This document shows positions 8,906 through 17,968 of a DNA stretch of 64,000 nucleotides, in pieces. Position 1 is the first letter of the stretch. Each line of letters begins with the position of its first letter. The DNA is taken from positions 25,879-89,878 of the forward strand of contig NZ_JAVKCK010000029.1 in NCBI RefSeq assembly GCF_040286215.1, written 5' to 3'. Both the position numbers and the translations under genes were made by a program. The notes beneath the pieces were generated by a model. It saw only the letters and a list, made by a program, of their open reading frames with translations, was not told where the DNA came from and did no database searches. This DNA comes from Microcella sp. GTDB lineage: Bacteria > Actinomycetota > Actinomycetes > Actinomycetales > Microbacteriaceae.

Positions 8906-10258
8906 TCAGGGGAAGGTGCTGTCGATGAACGCCAGCAGCTCGTCGGTCGTGACGGTGCCGCTGACCCAGTCCACCATGCCGGTCCAGAAGGAGCTGGTAC
9001 CGACCTCGGCAGGCATGAGGTCAGAGGCGTCGAAGCGGAACACCGTGTCCGGGTTCTGCAGGATCTCGATCGACTGCACACCGAGCTGCGAGCTCGCGAG
9101 CGACGGGTCGAGGCCCTGGTTCGCCGAGATGACGCCACCGAGCGCGACGCGGTTGTTGGCCCACGTGTCGCTCGCGAGGTAGGTCTGCACAGCGCTCGTG
9201 GCCTCGCGGTCGTTGAACGCGGCGACGAACTCGCCACCACCGGTGACGGCGGGGCCGTCATCGGCGCTTGCCGGCGGGGTGATGAAGGCCCAGATGTCGC
9301 CATCCGGAGCAACCGTCACGCCCTCGCCCCACTGCGCCTCGTAGAACGACGCCTGGTGGTGCATGGAGCAGTTGCCGTCGAGGATGGGCAGGCCACCGTC
9401 GTTGAACGTGGTCGAGACGATGGACTCGACCCCGCCGTAACCGCCGTTGACGTACTCGGGGTCGAGGAGGATCTCGCCGACACGCTCGACAGCCGAGGTG
9501 ATCTCGGGCGAGCTGAACTCGAGCTCACCGGCGACCCATGCGTCGTACGCCTCCGGGCCGGCGAAGCGCAGCACGGAGTCCTCGACCCAGTCGGTGCCCG
9601 GCCAGCCGGTGGCGTCACCCGAGCCGAAGCCGACGCACCAGGGGCGGTACGCGCCCTCGTTGCGCTCGGTCATCTGATCGGTGAGGGCGATCATCTCGTC
9701 CCACGTGGTCGGGATCTCGTAGCCGTTCTCCTCGAAGTCGGCCGGCGAGTACCAGATGTAGCCCTTGACGCTCGCGAGCAGCGGTGCGGCGTAGAAGGTG
9801 CCGTCGATCGTGCCGTAGCCCTTCCACGACTCGCTCCAGAACGAGTCGACGTTGTCCTCGACGCTCTGGGCGGCCGGGAACACGTAGCCGTCAGCGACCA
9901 GGCGCTGGAGCAGACCGGGCTGCGGGATGATCATGAGGTCGGGCGGGTCACCGGCGGCGGCGCGCACGTTGATCTGCGTCTCCGCCTCCTGCGTGCCCAC
10001 GTACTCGATCGTGATGCCCGTGCATTCTTCGAAGTCGGCCCAGCTGGACACGAGGTCGTCGGCTTCGACCTCGACGATCGTCGAGTAGACCTCGACGCTC
10101 TCGCCCTCGAAGGTGCCGTACTGCTCGTAGGCGGAGCAGTCGATGTCGCCGCCCGCTCCGGGCTCCTCGGTGTCGGCGGCACAACCAGCGAGAACGAGGC
10201 TGAGGGCGCCGACTGCTGCGGCTGGCGCAAGAACCCTGCGCCGGAGAGTGGAACTCAT
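8906..10258 (-). CDS. sugar ABC transporter substrate-binding lipoprotein
   Basis: ORF 8906..10534 trimmed to ATG 10258, preceded by GAGGAGGAA. Lipoprotein signal MSSTLRRRVLAPAAAVGALSLVLAGC. Length and composition fit a family-1 solute-binding protein. Confidence 0.88.
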   Translation of the reverse strand: MSSTLRRRVLAPAAAVGALSLVLAGCAADTEEPGAGGDIDCSAYEQYGTFEGESVEVYSTIVEVEADDLVSSWADFEECTGITIEYVGTQEAETQINVRAAAGDPPDLMIIPQPGLLQRLVADGYVFPAAQSVEDNVDSFWSESWKGYGTIDGTFYAAPLLASVKGYIWYSPADFEENGYEIPTTWDEMIALTDQMTERNEGAYRPWCVGFGSGDATGWPGTDWVEDSVLRFAGPEAYDAWVAGELEFSSPEITSAVERVGEILLDPEYVNGGYGGVESIVSTTFNDGGLPILDGNCSMHHQASFYEAQWGEGVTVAPDGDIWAFITPPASADDGPAVTGGGEFVAAFNDREATSAVQTYLASDTWANNRVALGGVISANQGLDPSLASSQLGVQSIEILQNPDTVFRFDASDLMPAEVGTSSFWTGMVDWVSGTVTTDELLAFIDSTFP

Positions 10259-10373
10259 GTGTTTCCTCCTCATTGAGGTCGGTCGGCGCATCGAGACCCG
10301 AGGCGCCGGATGTGGTGTGGGTGGTGCAAGAGCGAAACTCGGTGCCTGATCGGAGCGCGCACGGCACTCGATC

Positions 10374-10387
10374 GGGAACCGGTTCCA
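10374..10387. promoter_or_regulatory. LacI-family operator candidate O1
   Basis: gGGAACCGGTTCCa. The 12-bp core GGAACCGGTTCC is a perfect palindrome with the central CG typical of LacI/GalR operators. It lies 116 nt upstream of the binding-protein ATG. Confidence 0.5.
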
Positions 10388-10519
10388 GGGGTTACGGTAC
10401 GTCACCTTCGCGCGCACTGCAAGCAGGAGAATCCTGCTCGTTACCGATCCGTTGCGCGACTGCCTGCCCGCTCCCAGGTGAGCGAGATCGCGGCGCGCGA
10501 CCGCAGAGTCGTTGAATCC

Positions 10520-10533
10520 TGGCACCGGTTCCA
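10520..10533. promoter_or_regulatory. LacI-family operator candidate O2
   Basis: TGGCACCGGTTCCA, one mismatched pair from the palindrome TGGAACCGGTTCCA. It lies 106 nt upstream of the lacI-family gene start. Confidence 0.45.
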
Positions 10534-10638
10534 TAGTGCTCGCATCTCGGGCTACACTGGCCCCTCAGCGGGCCGCCCGAGCGGATCGCCCCTTCTTCGC
10601 GGTCATCACCGCACCGGTCCAACGGAGGACGACGAGGC

Positions 10639-11655
10639 ATGAGCATCTTGGCTGATGTGGCCCGCATCGCGGGCGTCTCGAAGTCCACCGCCTCGCGCGC
10701 TCTCAGCGGGCGCGGCTATGTCTCCACCGACACGCGGCGCAAGGTCGAGGCCGCCGCCTCCGAGCTCGGCTATGTCGTCTCCAGCACGGCGGCGAGCCTC
10801 GTCACCGGCCGCACCCGCAACGTCGGCGTGGTCATCCCCTACATCAACCGGTGGTACTTCGCGGAGGTGCTCGAGGGCATCGAGGCGGCGCTCATCCGGG
10901 CCGGGTACGACCTCACCCTCTATCGGCTGAGCACCGACCACGACCTGCGGCGGCGCGTCTTCGACTACTTCCTGGTGCGCAAGCGCGTCGACGCGGTGAT
11001 CGCCGTGACGATCGCCTTGAGCCCGCACGAGGTCGAGATGCTGCAGGCGCTGGGCAAGCCGCTCGTGGCCATCGGAGGGCGGGTGGCGGGCATCCCGTCG
11101 CTCTCGATCGACGACGTGGAGACCTCGCGCCTCGCGACGGAGCACCTCATCAGCCTGGGCCACGAGCGCATCATCCACGTGGGCGGCGACCAGGAGGAGC
11201 AGATGGACTTCCGGGTGCACAGCCAGCGCTACACAGGCTTCCAGCGCGCGATGGAGGCGGCAGGTCTGAGCAACGCCGATGACTTCCGCGAAGCCGAGTT
11301 CTCGATCTCGGGGGGCTACGCCGCGGGGCTCGCCGTGCTGGGCGACCCTCGCACGCGACCCACCGCCATCTTCGCGGGGTGCGATGAGATCGCCGTCGGC
11401 ATCATGATCGCCGCCCGGCAGCTCGGCATCGGTGTGCCGCATGACCTGTCGATCATCGGCATCGACGACCACCCCCTCGCGGAGACCCTCGGCATCACGA
11501 CGCTCGCCCAGCGGCCAGGGGCGCAGGGCGGTCGGGCAGTCGAGCTGCTGCTCGAGCAGATCGACCACTCCGACGCACCCGCTCCCGACGAGCACCTACT
11601 GCTGCCCACGGGTCTCACCGTGCGCTCGAGCACGGGGCCGGTCCGCACGTCGTAA
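10639..11655 (+). CDS. LacI family transcriptional regulator
   Basis: N-terminal HTH MSILADVARIAGVSKSTASRALSG plus a periplasmic-binding-fold effector domain. GGAGGA lies upstream of the ATG. Divergent from the sugar ABC operon. Confidence 0.92.
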   Translation: MSILADVARIAGVSKSTASRALSGRGYVSTDTRRKVEAAASELGYVVSSTAASLVTGRTRNVGVVIPYINRWYFAEVLEGIEAALIRAGYDLTLYRLSTDHDLRRRVFDYFLVRKRVDAVIAVTIALSPHEVEMLQALGKPLVAIGGRVAGIPSLSIDDVETSRLATEHLISLGHERIIHVGGDQEEQMDFRVHSQRYTGFQRAMEAAGLSNADDFREAEFSISGGYAAGLAVLGDPRTRPTAIFAGCDEIAVGIMIAARQLGIGVPHDLSIIGIDDHPLAETLGITTLAQRPGAQGGRAVELLLEQIDHSDAPAPDEHLLLPTGLTVRSSTGPVRTS

Positions 11656-11719
11656 GCCGCGCGCCGCGCGGCCATCGGTGGGCGAGCGCGCACCGGGCCG
11701 GGCCGTGCCGTCGACGCAC

Positions 11720-11756
11720 GAAGGCCCCACGCCGTCGACGGACGGGTGGGGCCTTC
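11720..11756 (-). terminator. stem-loop downstream of rplL
   Basis: GAAGGCCCCAC-(15 nt)-GTGGGGCCTTC, an 11-bp stem 29 nt after the rplL stop. No U-tract. Confidence 0.45.
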
Positions 11757-11784
11757 GCGAATCAGCGCGAGTGCGCCGACAGGC

Positions 11785-12174
11785 CTACTTGAGGGTGACG
11801 GTGGCGCCAGCCTCTTCGAGCTGGGCCTTGGCCTTCTCGGCGGCCTCCTTGTTCGCGCCCTCGAGCACGACACCGGGAGCACCGTCGACGAGCGCCTTCG
11901 CCTCGCCGAGACCGAGGCTCGTGAGGGCGCGCACCTCCTTGATGACCTGGATCTTCTTGTCACCGGCGGCCTCGAGAACGACGTCGAACGAGTCCTTCTC
12001 CTCGACCTCCTCGGCAGCGGCTCCGCCACCGGCGGGGCCCGCAGCGGCCACGGCGACGGGCGCCGCAGCGGTGACCTCGAAGACCTCTTCGAACTTCTTC
12101 ACGAACTCGCTGAGCTCGATGAGCGACAGCTCCTTGAACGCCTCGATGAGGTCGTCAGTCGACATCTTTGCCAT
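11785..12174 (-). CDS. rplL: 50S ribosomal protein L7/L12
   Basis: [34 protein letters not shown]...Ala/Glu hinge...[27 protein letters not shown]... Confidence 0.98.
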   Translation of the reverse strand: MAKMSTDDLIEAFKELSLIELSEFVKKFEEVFEVTAAAPVAVAAAGPAGGGAAAEEVEEKDSFDVVLEAAGDKKIQVIKEVRALTSLGLGEAKALVDGAPGVVLEGANKEAAEKAKAQLEEAGATVTLK

Positions 12175-12225
12175 GATTTCTCCTTCTTACGTGCTGCTAC
12201 TGGTCTGATCTACCGCGGGCTGGAG

Positions 12226-12741
12226 TCAGCTCGCGGACTCCTGCTTCTGCCGCAGCGCGTCCACTGCCCGTGCGGCCTGGGCCAGCGGAGCGTTGAACAT
12301 GTACGCGGCACCGAACAGCGAGGCCTTGACGGCACCGGCCAGCTTGGCCAGCACCACCTCACGGCTCTCGAGATCGGCGAGCTTGGTCACCTCTGCGGCG
12401 GTGAGCGGGTTACCGTCGAAGTACCCGCCCTTCACCACGAGGAGGGGGTTCGCCTTGGCGAAGTCGCGCATGGCCTTCGCCACGTTCACGGTGTCACCGT
12501 GCACGAAGGCGATGGCAGAAGGGCCCTCGAGCAGGGCATCGAACGAGTCGATGCCGGCGCTCTTGGCCGCAATCTTGGTCAGCGTGTTCTTCACCACGGC
12601 ATAGGTCGCGTCCTCGCGGATGGCCGTACGCAGCTGCTTGAGCTGGGCCACCGAGAGACCGCGGTACTCGGTCAGCAGTACGGCGTTCGAGCTGCGGAAC
12701 AGGTCCGTCAGCTCGGCGACCGTTGCTTCCTTGTTCGCCAT
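12226..12741 (-). CDS. rplJ: 50S ribosomal protein L10
   Basis: MANKEATVAELTDLFRSSNAVLLTEYRGLSVAQLKQLRTAIRE..., immediately upstream of rplL. Confidence 0.97.
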   Translation of the reverse strand: MANKEATVAELTDLFRSSNAVLLTEYRGLSVAQLKQLRTAIREDATYAVVKNTLTKIAAKSAGIDSFDALLEGPSAIAFVHGDTVNVAKAMRDFAKANPLLVVKGGYFDGNPLTAAEVTKLADLESREVVLAKLAGAVKASLFGAAYMFNAPLAQAARAVDALRQKQESAS

Positions 12742-12900
12742 GGTGCTCCTCTAGATTGGGATTCCTGTGGTTAGCCGAGACCACGGCCGAGCGGTGATGC
12801 TCGGAGCACGCATGAGAAAAGGCCCGGCGCAAGCGCACGAGCCTTGGTCGGCCATCCACTCTTCAGGGGGCGGATGGTCGGGGACAGTTCATACACCTGC
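12742..12900 (-). ncRNA. putative rplJ 5' leader (L10-leader-like)
   Basis: Position only: a 385-nt AT-richer non-coding gap upstream of rplJ containing hairpins, e.g. CTGTGGT-tagccgag-ACCACGG at about 12765-12786. No covariance model was run and the boundaries are arbitrary. Confidence 0.3.
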
Positions 12901-13126
12901 GCGGGTCGTCGCTCCTCCCGAGGGAGTCTGCGAGCCTTCGATGCACGCTCCTGCAGGCAGGAGCGCCCATGACCTGCGGTCTGTGGCTGAGTCAATGGTA
13001 ACGCATCCCCATGGCGTCCGTTGTCACTCTCGGAGCACCTCCCCGCGGAACGCAAAAGACGAACTGCTTGACATGAATTGGCGTGCATGTATACGGTCTC
13101 CTCAACGGACTGCGAGAGGATTCCCC

Positions 13127-14563
13127 ATGTCAACCCAGGTGACTGTGATTCCCGGTGACGGCGTAGGCCCAGAGTGCGTTGCCGCGGCTCGGCGCATCAT
13201 CGACGCGACCGAGGCGAAGATCGACTGGGACGAGCAGGAGGCCGGCGAGACCGTGTTTCGTCGGGGCGTCGCCTCGGGAGTGCCGAAGGACACGATCGAC
13301 TCCATCACGCGCACGCGCGTCGTCCTCAAGGGGCCGCTGGGCACACCCGTGGGCTTCGGGGAGAAGTCGGCGAACGTCACGCTGCGCAAACTGTTCGAGA
13401 CCTACGCCAACATCCGCCCCGTGCGAGAGCTGCCGGGAGTCTCCACGCGCTACTCGGGTTCCGGAGTCGACCTGGTGGTTGTTCGCGAGAACGTCGAAGA
13501 CCTCTACGCGGGCATCGAGCACATGCAGACCCCCGGGGTCGCTCAGTGCCTCAAGCTCATCTCGCGCAAGGGATCAGAGAAGATCGCCCGCACGGCGTTC
13601 GAGTTCGCACGCAGCGAGGGTCGGAAGTCGGTGACCTGCGCCACGAAGTCGAACATCATGAAGCTCACGGAGGGCGAGTTGAAGCGCACCTTCGAGAAGG
13701 TCGCCCTGGAGTACCCGGACATTGAGTCGCGTCACGTGATCATCGACAACGCAGCGCATCAACTCGTCAAGCGTCCCGAGCAGTTCGATGTGATCGTCAC
13801 GACCAACATGAACGGCGACATTCTGAGCGATCTGACCTCGGCGCTCGTGGGCGGCCTCGGCTTCGCGCCCTCGGCGAACCTCGGGTCGGGGGTCGCGATC
13901 TTCGAAGCCGTGCACGGATCAGCCCCCAAGTATGCCGGTCGCGACGTCATCAACCCGACCGCGGTCATCCTGTCCTCGGTCATGATGCTCAAGCACCTGC
14001 AGTTCTTCGACGAAGCCGAGTCCATCGAGAACGCACTCTTCGCCACCCTGCAGAAGGGCGTGCTGACCGGCGATGTCGTCGGGTACGACCGCGGTACGTC
14101 GACGAGCGACTTCGCTTCGGCGATCATCGACAATCTCGGCGAGAGCGTCGACGGATACACCATTCGTCGGGGACGCCCGCTGGCCATGCCCGCTCCGAAG
14201 CCGAACCCGGTCACCGTGGTGCCTGAGACGCGCCGCGTCGTCGGTGTCGACGTGTTCGTCGAGTCTGGGCTCATGCCCGACGCTCTGGGGCCACAGTTGG
14301 AAGCACGGGTCTCTGACTTCTCGCTGCGTCTGAAGATGATCTCGAACCGCGGCACGAAGGTGTACCCCGACGGCAACACCAACATCGACGTCGTCGACCA
14401 CTACCGCTGCCGGTTCGTGCAGCGCGACGACGGCGACGTCAGCCGATCACTGGTCCGTGAGCTGCTCGAGCGGATCGAAGGCTCCGTCGACTGGGTGCAC
14501 CTGGAGCTGCTGCAGGAGTTCGACGGCGACGCCGCGTACACGAAGGCTCAGGGCGAAGACTAG
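13127..14563 (+). CDS. isocitrate/isopropylmalate dehydrogenase family protein (probable NAD-dependent isocitrate dehydrogenase) with C-terminal extension
   Basis: ORF 12767.. trimmed to ATG 13127 (GAGAGGA RBS). VIPGDGVGPE..., NMNGDILSDL...GGLGFAPSANLG (beta-decarboxylating dehydrogenase signature). About 140 extra C-terminal residues. Confidence 0.85.
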   Translation: MSTQVTVIPGDGVGPECVAAARRIIDATEAKIDWDEQEAGETVFRRGVASGVPKDTIDSITRTRVVLKGPLGTPVGFGEKSANVTLRKLFETYANIRPVRELPGVSTRYSGSGVDLVVVRENVEDLYAGIEHMQTPGVAQCLKLISRKGSEKIARTAFEFARSEGRKSVTCATKSNIMKLTEGELKRTFEKVALEYPDIESRHVIIDNAAHQLVKRPEQFDVIVTTNMNGDILSDLTSALVGGLGFAPSANLGSGVAIFEAVHGSAPKYAGRDVINPTAVILSSVMMLKHLQFFDEAESIENALFATLQKGVLTGDVVGYDRGTSTSDFASAIIDNLGESVDGYTIRRGRPLAMPAPKPNPVTVVPETRRVVGVDVFVESGLMPDALGPQLEARVSDFSLRLKMISNRGTKVYPDGNTNIDVVDHYRCRFVQRDDGDVSRSLVRELLERIEGSVDWVHLELLQEFDGDAAYTKAQGED

Positions 14564-15405
14564 CTCTCGTCGAGCCACGAATGGCTCGGCGAGTAGCCGA
14601 GATCCCGGCGTGCGGCGTCGATGGAGAGCAGGGTCTCTCGGCCACGCACCTCGCGGCTGAACGGCACCGCGGGAAACTCGGCGGCCATCAGCTCGGCGCT
14701 GTCGCGTCGCATGACGGTATCGGCCGCGGCGATGATGTAGGTCGAGTATCCGGGGCGTGGTGTGACGAGCGCGCGCTCGACAGCGTGGGCGCCATCGCGG
14801 CGATCGATGTAGCCCCAGAGGTTCCAACGGCGCACGGCCGGATCGTCCTGCCAGGTCTCGAACTCGGCGTAGTCCTCGGGCGCCATGACGTTGCTGAACC
14901 GCAGACCCGTCATGGCGAGCTGCGGCTGCACGCGGCAGATTGCGCGACCGAACTCCTCCTCGAGGTGCTTGCCGACGGCGTACATGAAGTTGGGCCGCAC
15001 CGCTTGGCTCTCGTCGATCGGCGCCAGGGGCGGCGGCTCCTCGAGCGGCAAGCCCAGCAGCGTTTCGCTCGAGGCGTGCACGATGCTCCGGATTCCGGCG
15101 CGTCGCGCCGCCTGCACGACGCCGATCGTCATCGAGACGTTCTGCTGGATGAGCGCCGTATCGGGTCGGATGCCCGGGGCGGGCGTCGCCGCCAGATGCA
15201 CGAGCGCGTCGACGCCGTCGTGGCGCTCCTCGACCCCGGCGAGGGCATCCGCGATCTGACCGTAGTCGGCGAGATCGACCTGCACGAATCCCGGGCCGCG
15301 GTCGCCGACGACGTCCATGCCGATCACGGTGTGGTCGCGCTGCCGCAGGTGCTCGACCACCGCGACGCCGAGCTTGCCGCTGGAACCCGTCACGGCGATG
15401 ATCAC
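14560..15405 (-). CDS. NAD-dependent epimerase/dehydratase family protein
   Basis: ORF 14560..15903 trimmed to GTG 15405 (GGAGGA 6-11 nt upstream). Rossmann motif VTGSSGKLG. Its stop overlaps the stop of the convergent dehydrogenase gene (CTAG at 14560-14563). Confidence 0.85.
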   Translation of the reverse strand: MIIAVTGSSGKLGVAVVEHLRQRDHTVIGMDVVGDRGPGFVQVDLADYGQIADALAGVEERHDGVDALVHLAATPAPGIRPDTALIQQNVSMTIGVVQAARRAGIRSIVHASSETLLGLPLEEPPPLAPIDESQAVRPNFMYAVGKHLEEEFGRAICRVQPQLAMTGLRFSNVMAPEDYAEFETWQDDPAVRRWNLWGYIDRRDGAHAVERALVTPRPGYSTYIIAAADTVMRRDSAELMAAEFPAVPFSREVRGRETLLSIDAARRDLGYSPSHSWLDES

Positions 15406-15466
15406 GATGGTCCTCCTCTGAAGGCCGTCGGTCTCGGCCCTCCCCGAGGCTACCGACCTTCGGCGG

Positions 15467-16894
15467 CTACTCGGCGCGCAGGAGAGGCAGCCGCACGGTG
15501 AAGACCGTGCGGCCGGGGCGCGACTCCACCGACACTCTGCCGTTGTGCGCCCCGACGACCGCCGCGACGATCGCGAGCCCCAGACCCGTGCTGCCCGTCG
15601 CCCGCGAGCGCGAGGTGTCGGCTCGGGCGAATCGCTCGAACAGCACGGGCTGCACCTCCGCCGGAATCCCGGGGCCGTCGTCGGCGACCCGCACGATCGC
15701 TTCGCCGTCGACAGCCGCGACCGACGCGGCCACAGACGTGCCGTCGGGTGTGTGGACGCGCGCGTTGGCGAGAAGGTTCGCCACCACCTGGTGCAGGCGG
15801 CCCTGGTCGCCGATGACGACGACTGGCTCGTCGGGTACGTCGACGCTCCAGTTATGGTCGCCACTCGTGGCGCGTGCGTCGGCGAGGGCATCCGCGATGA
15901 CACGGCCGAGGTCGACGGGGTCGGCTCGCAGCGCGCGGCCCTCGTCGAGACGAGCGAGCAGCAGCAGATCGTCGACGAGGCCCGTCATGCGCACCGACTC
16001 CGACTCGATGCGGTCGAGGGCGTGGCGCACATCGGGCGGCACCTCGTGGCCGCCTCGACGTGTCAGCTCGCTGTACCCGCGGATCGCGGCGAGCGGGGTG
16101 CGCAGTTCGTGGCTCGCATCGGCGACGAACTGCCGCACCTTGCCCTCGCTGGCCTCGCGAGCCAGCAGCGCCGACTGCACGTGGTCGAGCATGCGCGTGA
16201 AGGCCGCACCCAGTTGACCCACCTCGGTGCGCGGGTCGGTGTCGATCGCCTCGAGCCGGTCAGACAGGGCCACGGCGCCGCGGTCCAGCGGCAGCTCGGT
16301 CACCCTCGTGGCGGTCTCGCGGATGCGCGTGAGCGGCCGCAGGGCGACGCGGGCCACGCTGCGGCCGAGTGCCGCGGCGATGAGGAGGGTGCCGACGAGA
16401 ACGGCCGTGATCGTTGCACCGAGTCGGGCGGTCGTCACCGTCACCTCGCGCGTGGAGAGCCCGACCACGACCGTCGAGTTTTGGCCGACGGGGACACCCA
16501 GCACGCGGTACTCGCCGAGCCTTCCCGGGAACCGGATGGTGCGCGGCTGCTCGACGGACGCACCCGCGAGGACGCGCTGCTGCAGCGCCGACAGCTCGCG
16601 CACCTCGGCGTCGAGGTCGAGGTAGGCGGCGGTCACGCGACCCTGCGGCGACACGATCGCGATGAGCGAGCCTAAGGGCAGGCCGGGGCCGAGCAGGCTG
16701 CGACCCGGCTCATCCGAGCCCGCTTCGAGAGTGGCTGCGACGCGCTGCGTCGTTGAGCGCAGCTCGTCGTCGAGCTGACCGACGAGGGAGCTGCGCAGGG
16801 CGAAGGTGCTCACGACACCGATGCCGAGCGTGGCGACCGCGAGCAGGGCCAGGATGCCCGCCACGAGCCTCTGCTGCAGGGACCAGCCGCGCAT
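15467..16894 (-). CDS. sensor histidine kinase (HAMP-HisKA-HATPase)
   Basis: Two TM helices flank an extracytoplasmic loop of about 130 aa. H-box ASHELRTPLAAIRGYSE. G-box GSTGLGLAIV. Confidence 0.92.
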   Translation of the reverse strand: MRGWSLQQRLVAGILALLAVATLGIGVVSTFALRSSLVGQLDDELRSTTQRVAATLEAGSDEPGRSLLGPGLPLGSLIAIVSPQGRVTAAYLDLDAEVRELSALQQRVLAGASVEQPRTIRFPGRLGEYRVLGVPVGQNSTVVVGLSTREVTVTTARLGATITAVLVGTLLIAAALGRSVARVALRPLTRIRETATRVTELPLDRGAVALSDRLEAIDTDPRTEVGQLGAAFTRMLDHVQSALLAREASEGKVRQFVADASHELRTPLAAIRGYSELTRRGGHEVPPDVRHALDRIESESVRMTGLVDDLLLLARLDEGRALRADPVDLGRVIADALADARATSGDHNWSVDVPDEPVVVIGDQGRLHQVVANLLANARVHTPDGTSVAASVAAVDGEAIVRVADDGPGIPAEVQPVLFERFARADTSRSRATGSTGLGLAIVAAVVGAHNGRVSVESRPGRTVFTVRLPLLRAE

Positions 16895-16940
16895 CCTCAG
16901 TGCACCGCCCCGACGTCGCCGGGCGTTGCGGCGCCGGCAC

Positions 16941-17681
16941 TCACGCGACCGGCTTGATGAGGTAGCCCACGCCGCGCACGGTGTGGATCATCGCGGGGCC
17001 GAGAGTGTCGATTTTCTTGCGGAGGTAGGAGATGTAGATCTCGACGATGCTCGAGCGGCCGCCGAAGTCGTAGCTCCACACTCGATCGAGGATCTGCGCC
17101 TTGCTGAGAACGCGTCGAGGATTGCGCATGAGGTAGCGCAGCAGCTCGAACTCGGTGGCGGTGAGCTCGATCTCGGTGTCGCCCCGGCGCACCTCGTAGC
17201 TCTCCTCGTTGAGGACGAGGTCGCCGACGCGGATCTCCGGGTCGGCGCGCTCGCTTACCACGAGCGCACTGCGGCGGATGAGACCGCGCAGACGCGCAAC
17301 GAGCTCCTCGAGACTGAACGGCTTGGTGACGTAGTCATCCCCTCCCGCGGTCAGACCCACGACGCGATCGTCGACGGCGTCCTTCGCGGTGAGGAACAGC
17401 ACCGGAACGTTGCTGCCGTCTGCCCGCAGTCGGCGCAGCACCTCCAGACCGTCGAGATCGGGCAACATGATGTCGAGCACGACGATGTCGGGGCGGAACT
17501 CCCTGCCGTGGGCCAGCGCCTCCTGCCCGGTGAGGGCGGTGCGCACCTCCCAGCCCTCGTACCGCAGCGCCATCGAGACGAGGTCGGCCAGGGATGGCTC
17601 GTCGTCCACGACGAGAGCCCGCACCGGTGAGCCATCGGGGTGGGTGAGGCGGGGTGACTCGGCCTGATCGTCGTAGGGCAT
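16941..17681 (-). CDS. OmpR/PhoB family response regulator
   Basis: ORF 16941..18185 trimmed to ATG 17681. Receiver domain (LVVDDEPSLADLV...DIVVLDIMLPDLDGLEV) plus winged helix (IHTVRGVGYLIK). Confidence 0.92.
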   Translation of the reverse strand: MPYDDQAESPRLTHPDGSPVRALVVDDEPSLADLVSMALRYEGWEVRTALTGQEALAHGREFRPDIVVLDIMLPDLDGLEVLRRLRADGSNVPVLFLTAKDAVDDRVVGLTAGGDDYVTKPFSLEELVARLRGLIRRSALVVSERADPEIRVGDLVLNEESYEVRRGDTEIELTATEFELLRYLMRNPRRVLSKAQILDRVWSYDFGGRSSIVEIYISYLRKKIDTLGPAMIHTVRGVGYLIKPVA

Positions 17682-17860
17682 GGTTCCAGTAGCACCCACA
17701 AACCTATGAGCTTCCTCTGAGCCAGCCCTGCGCATTCCCGTGCTCGGCGGCGCCGAGTCAGAGTTAACGCCGAGCACGACGCGAGCCCCGGCCGTCTTGG
17801 GGGAGGGACTGCCGGGGCTCGTCGCGTGGCGCACTGTCGCGCCGCTCTCGGGGAGCGGCG

Positions 17861-17968
17861 TCAGGCGCGGTGCGCCCCGCGCGACTTGCGACCCGTGCCA
17901 GCGATGCCGGCCATTAGGGCGACGAAGCCCACGAGGGCGGAGATCATGAGGAGGGGGAGGGTGATCAT
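17861..17968 (-). CDS. candidate 35-aa small membrane protein upstream of the two-component operon
   Basis: Below the ORF-track cut-off. ATG 17968 is preceded by GAGAGGAA. Translation: MITLPLLMISALVGFVALMAGIAGTGRKSRGAHRA (one TM helix plus a basic tail). Third codon positions are mostly G/C. An 8-bp hairpin (17840-17860) follows the stop. Confidence 0.4.
   Translation of the reverse strand: MITLPLLMISALVGFVALMAGIAGTGRKSRGAHRA

Noticed and set aside
12767-13126. 5' extensions of track ORFs (for example 12767-13126 on the dehydrogenase, 17682-18185 on the response regulator, 10259-10534 on the binding protein, 14560..15903 and 29592..30794 as fused ORFs)
   Set aside because: The extensions translate to implausible Arg/Pro-rich sequence. 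They cross intergenic regions or neighbouring genes. Internal starts have an RBS, a coupling overlap or a leaderless -10 box, and give N-termini typical of the families.
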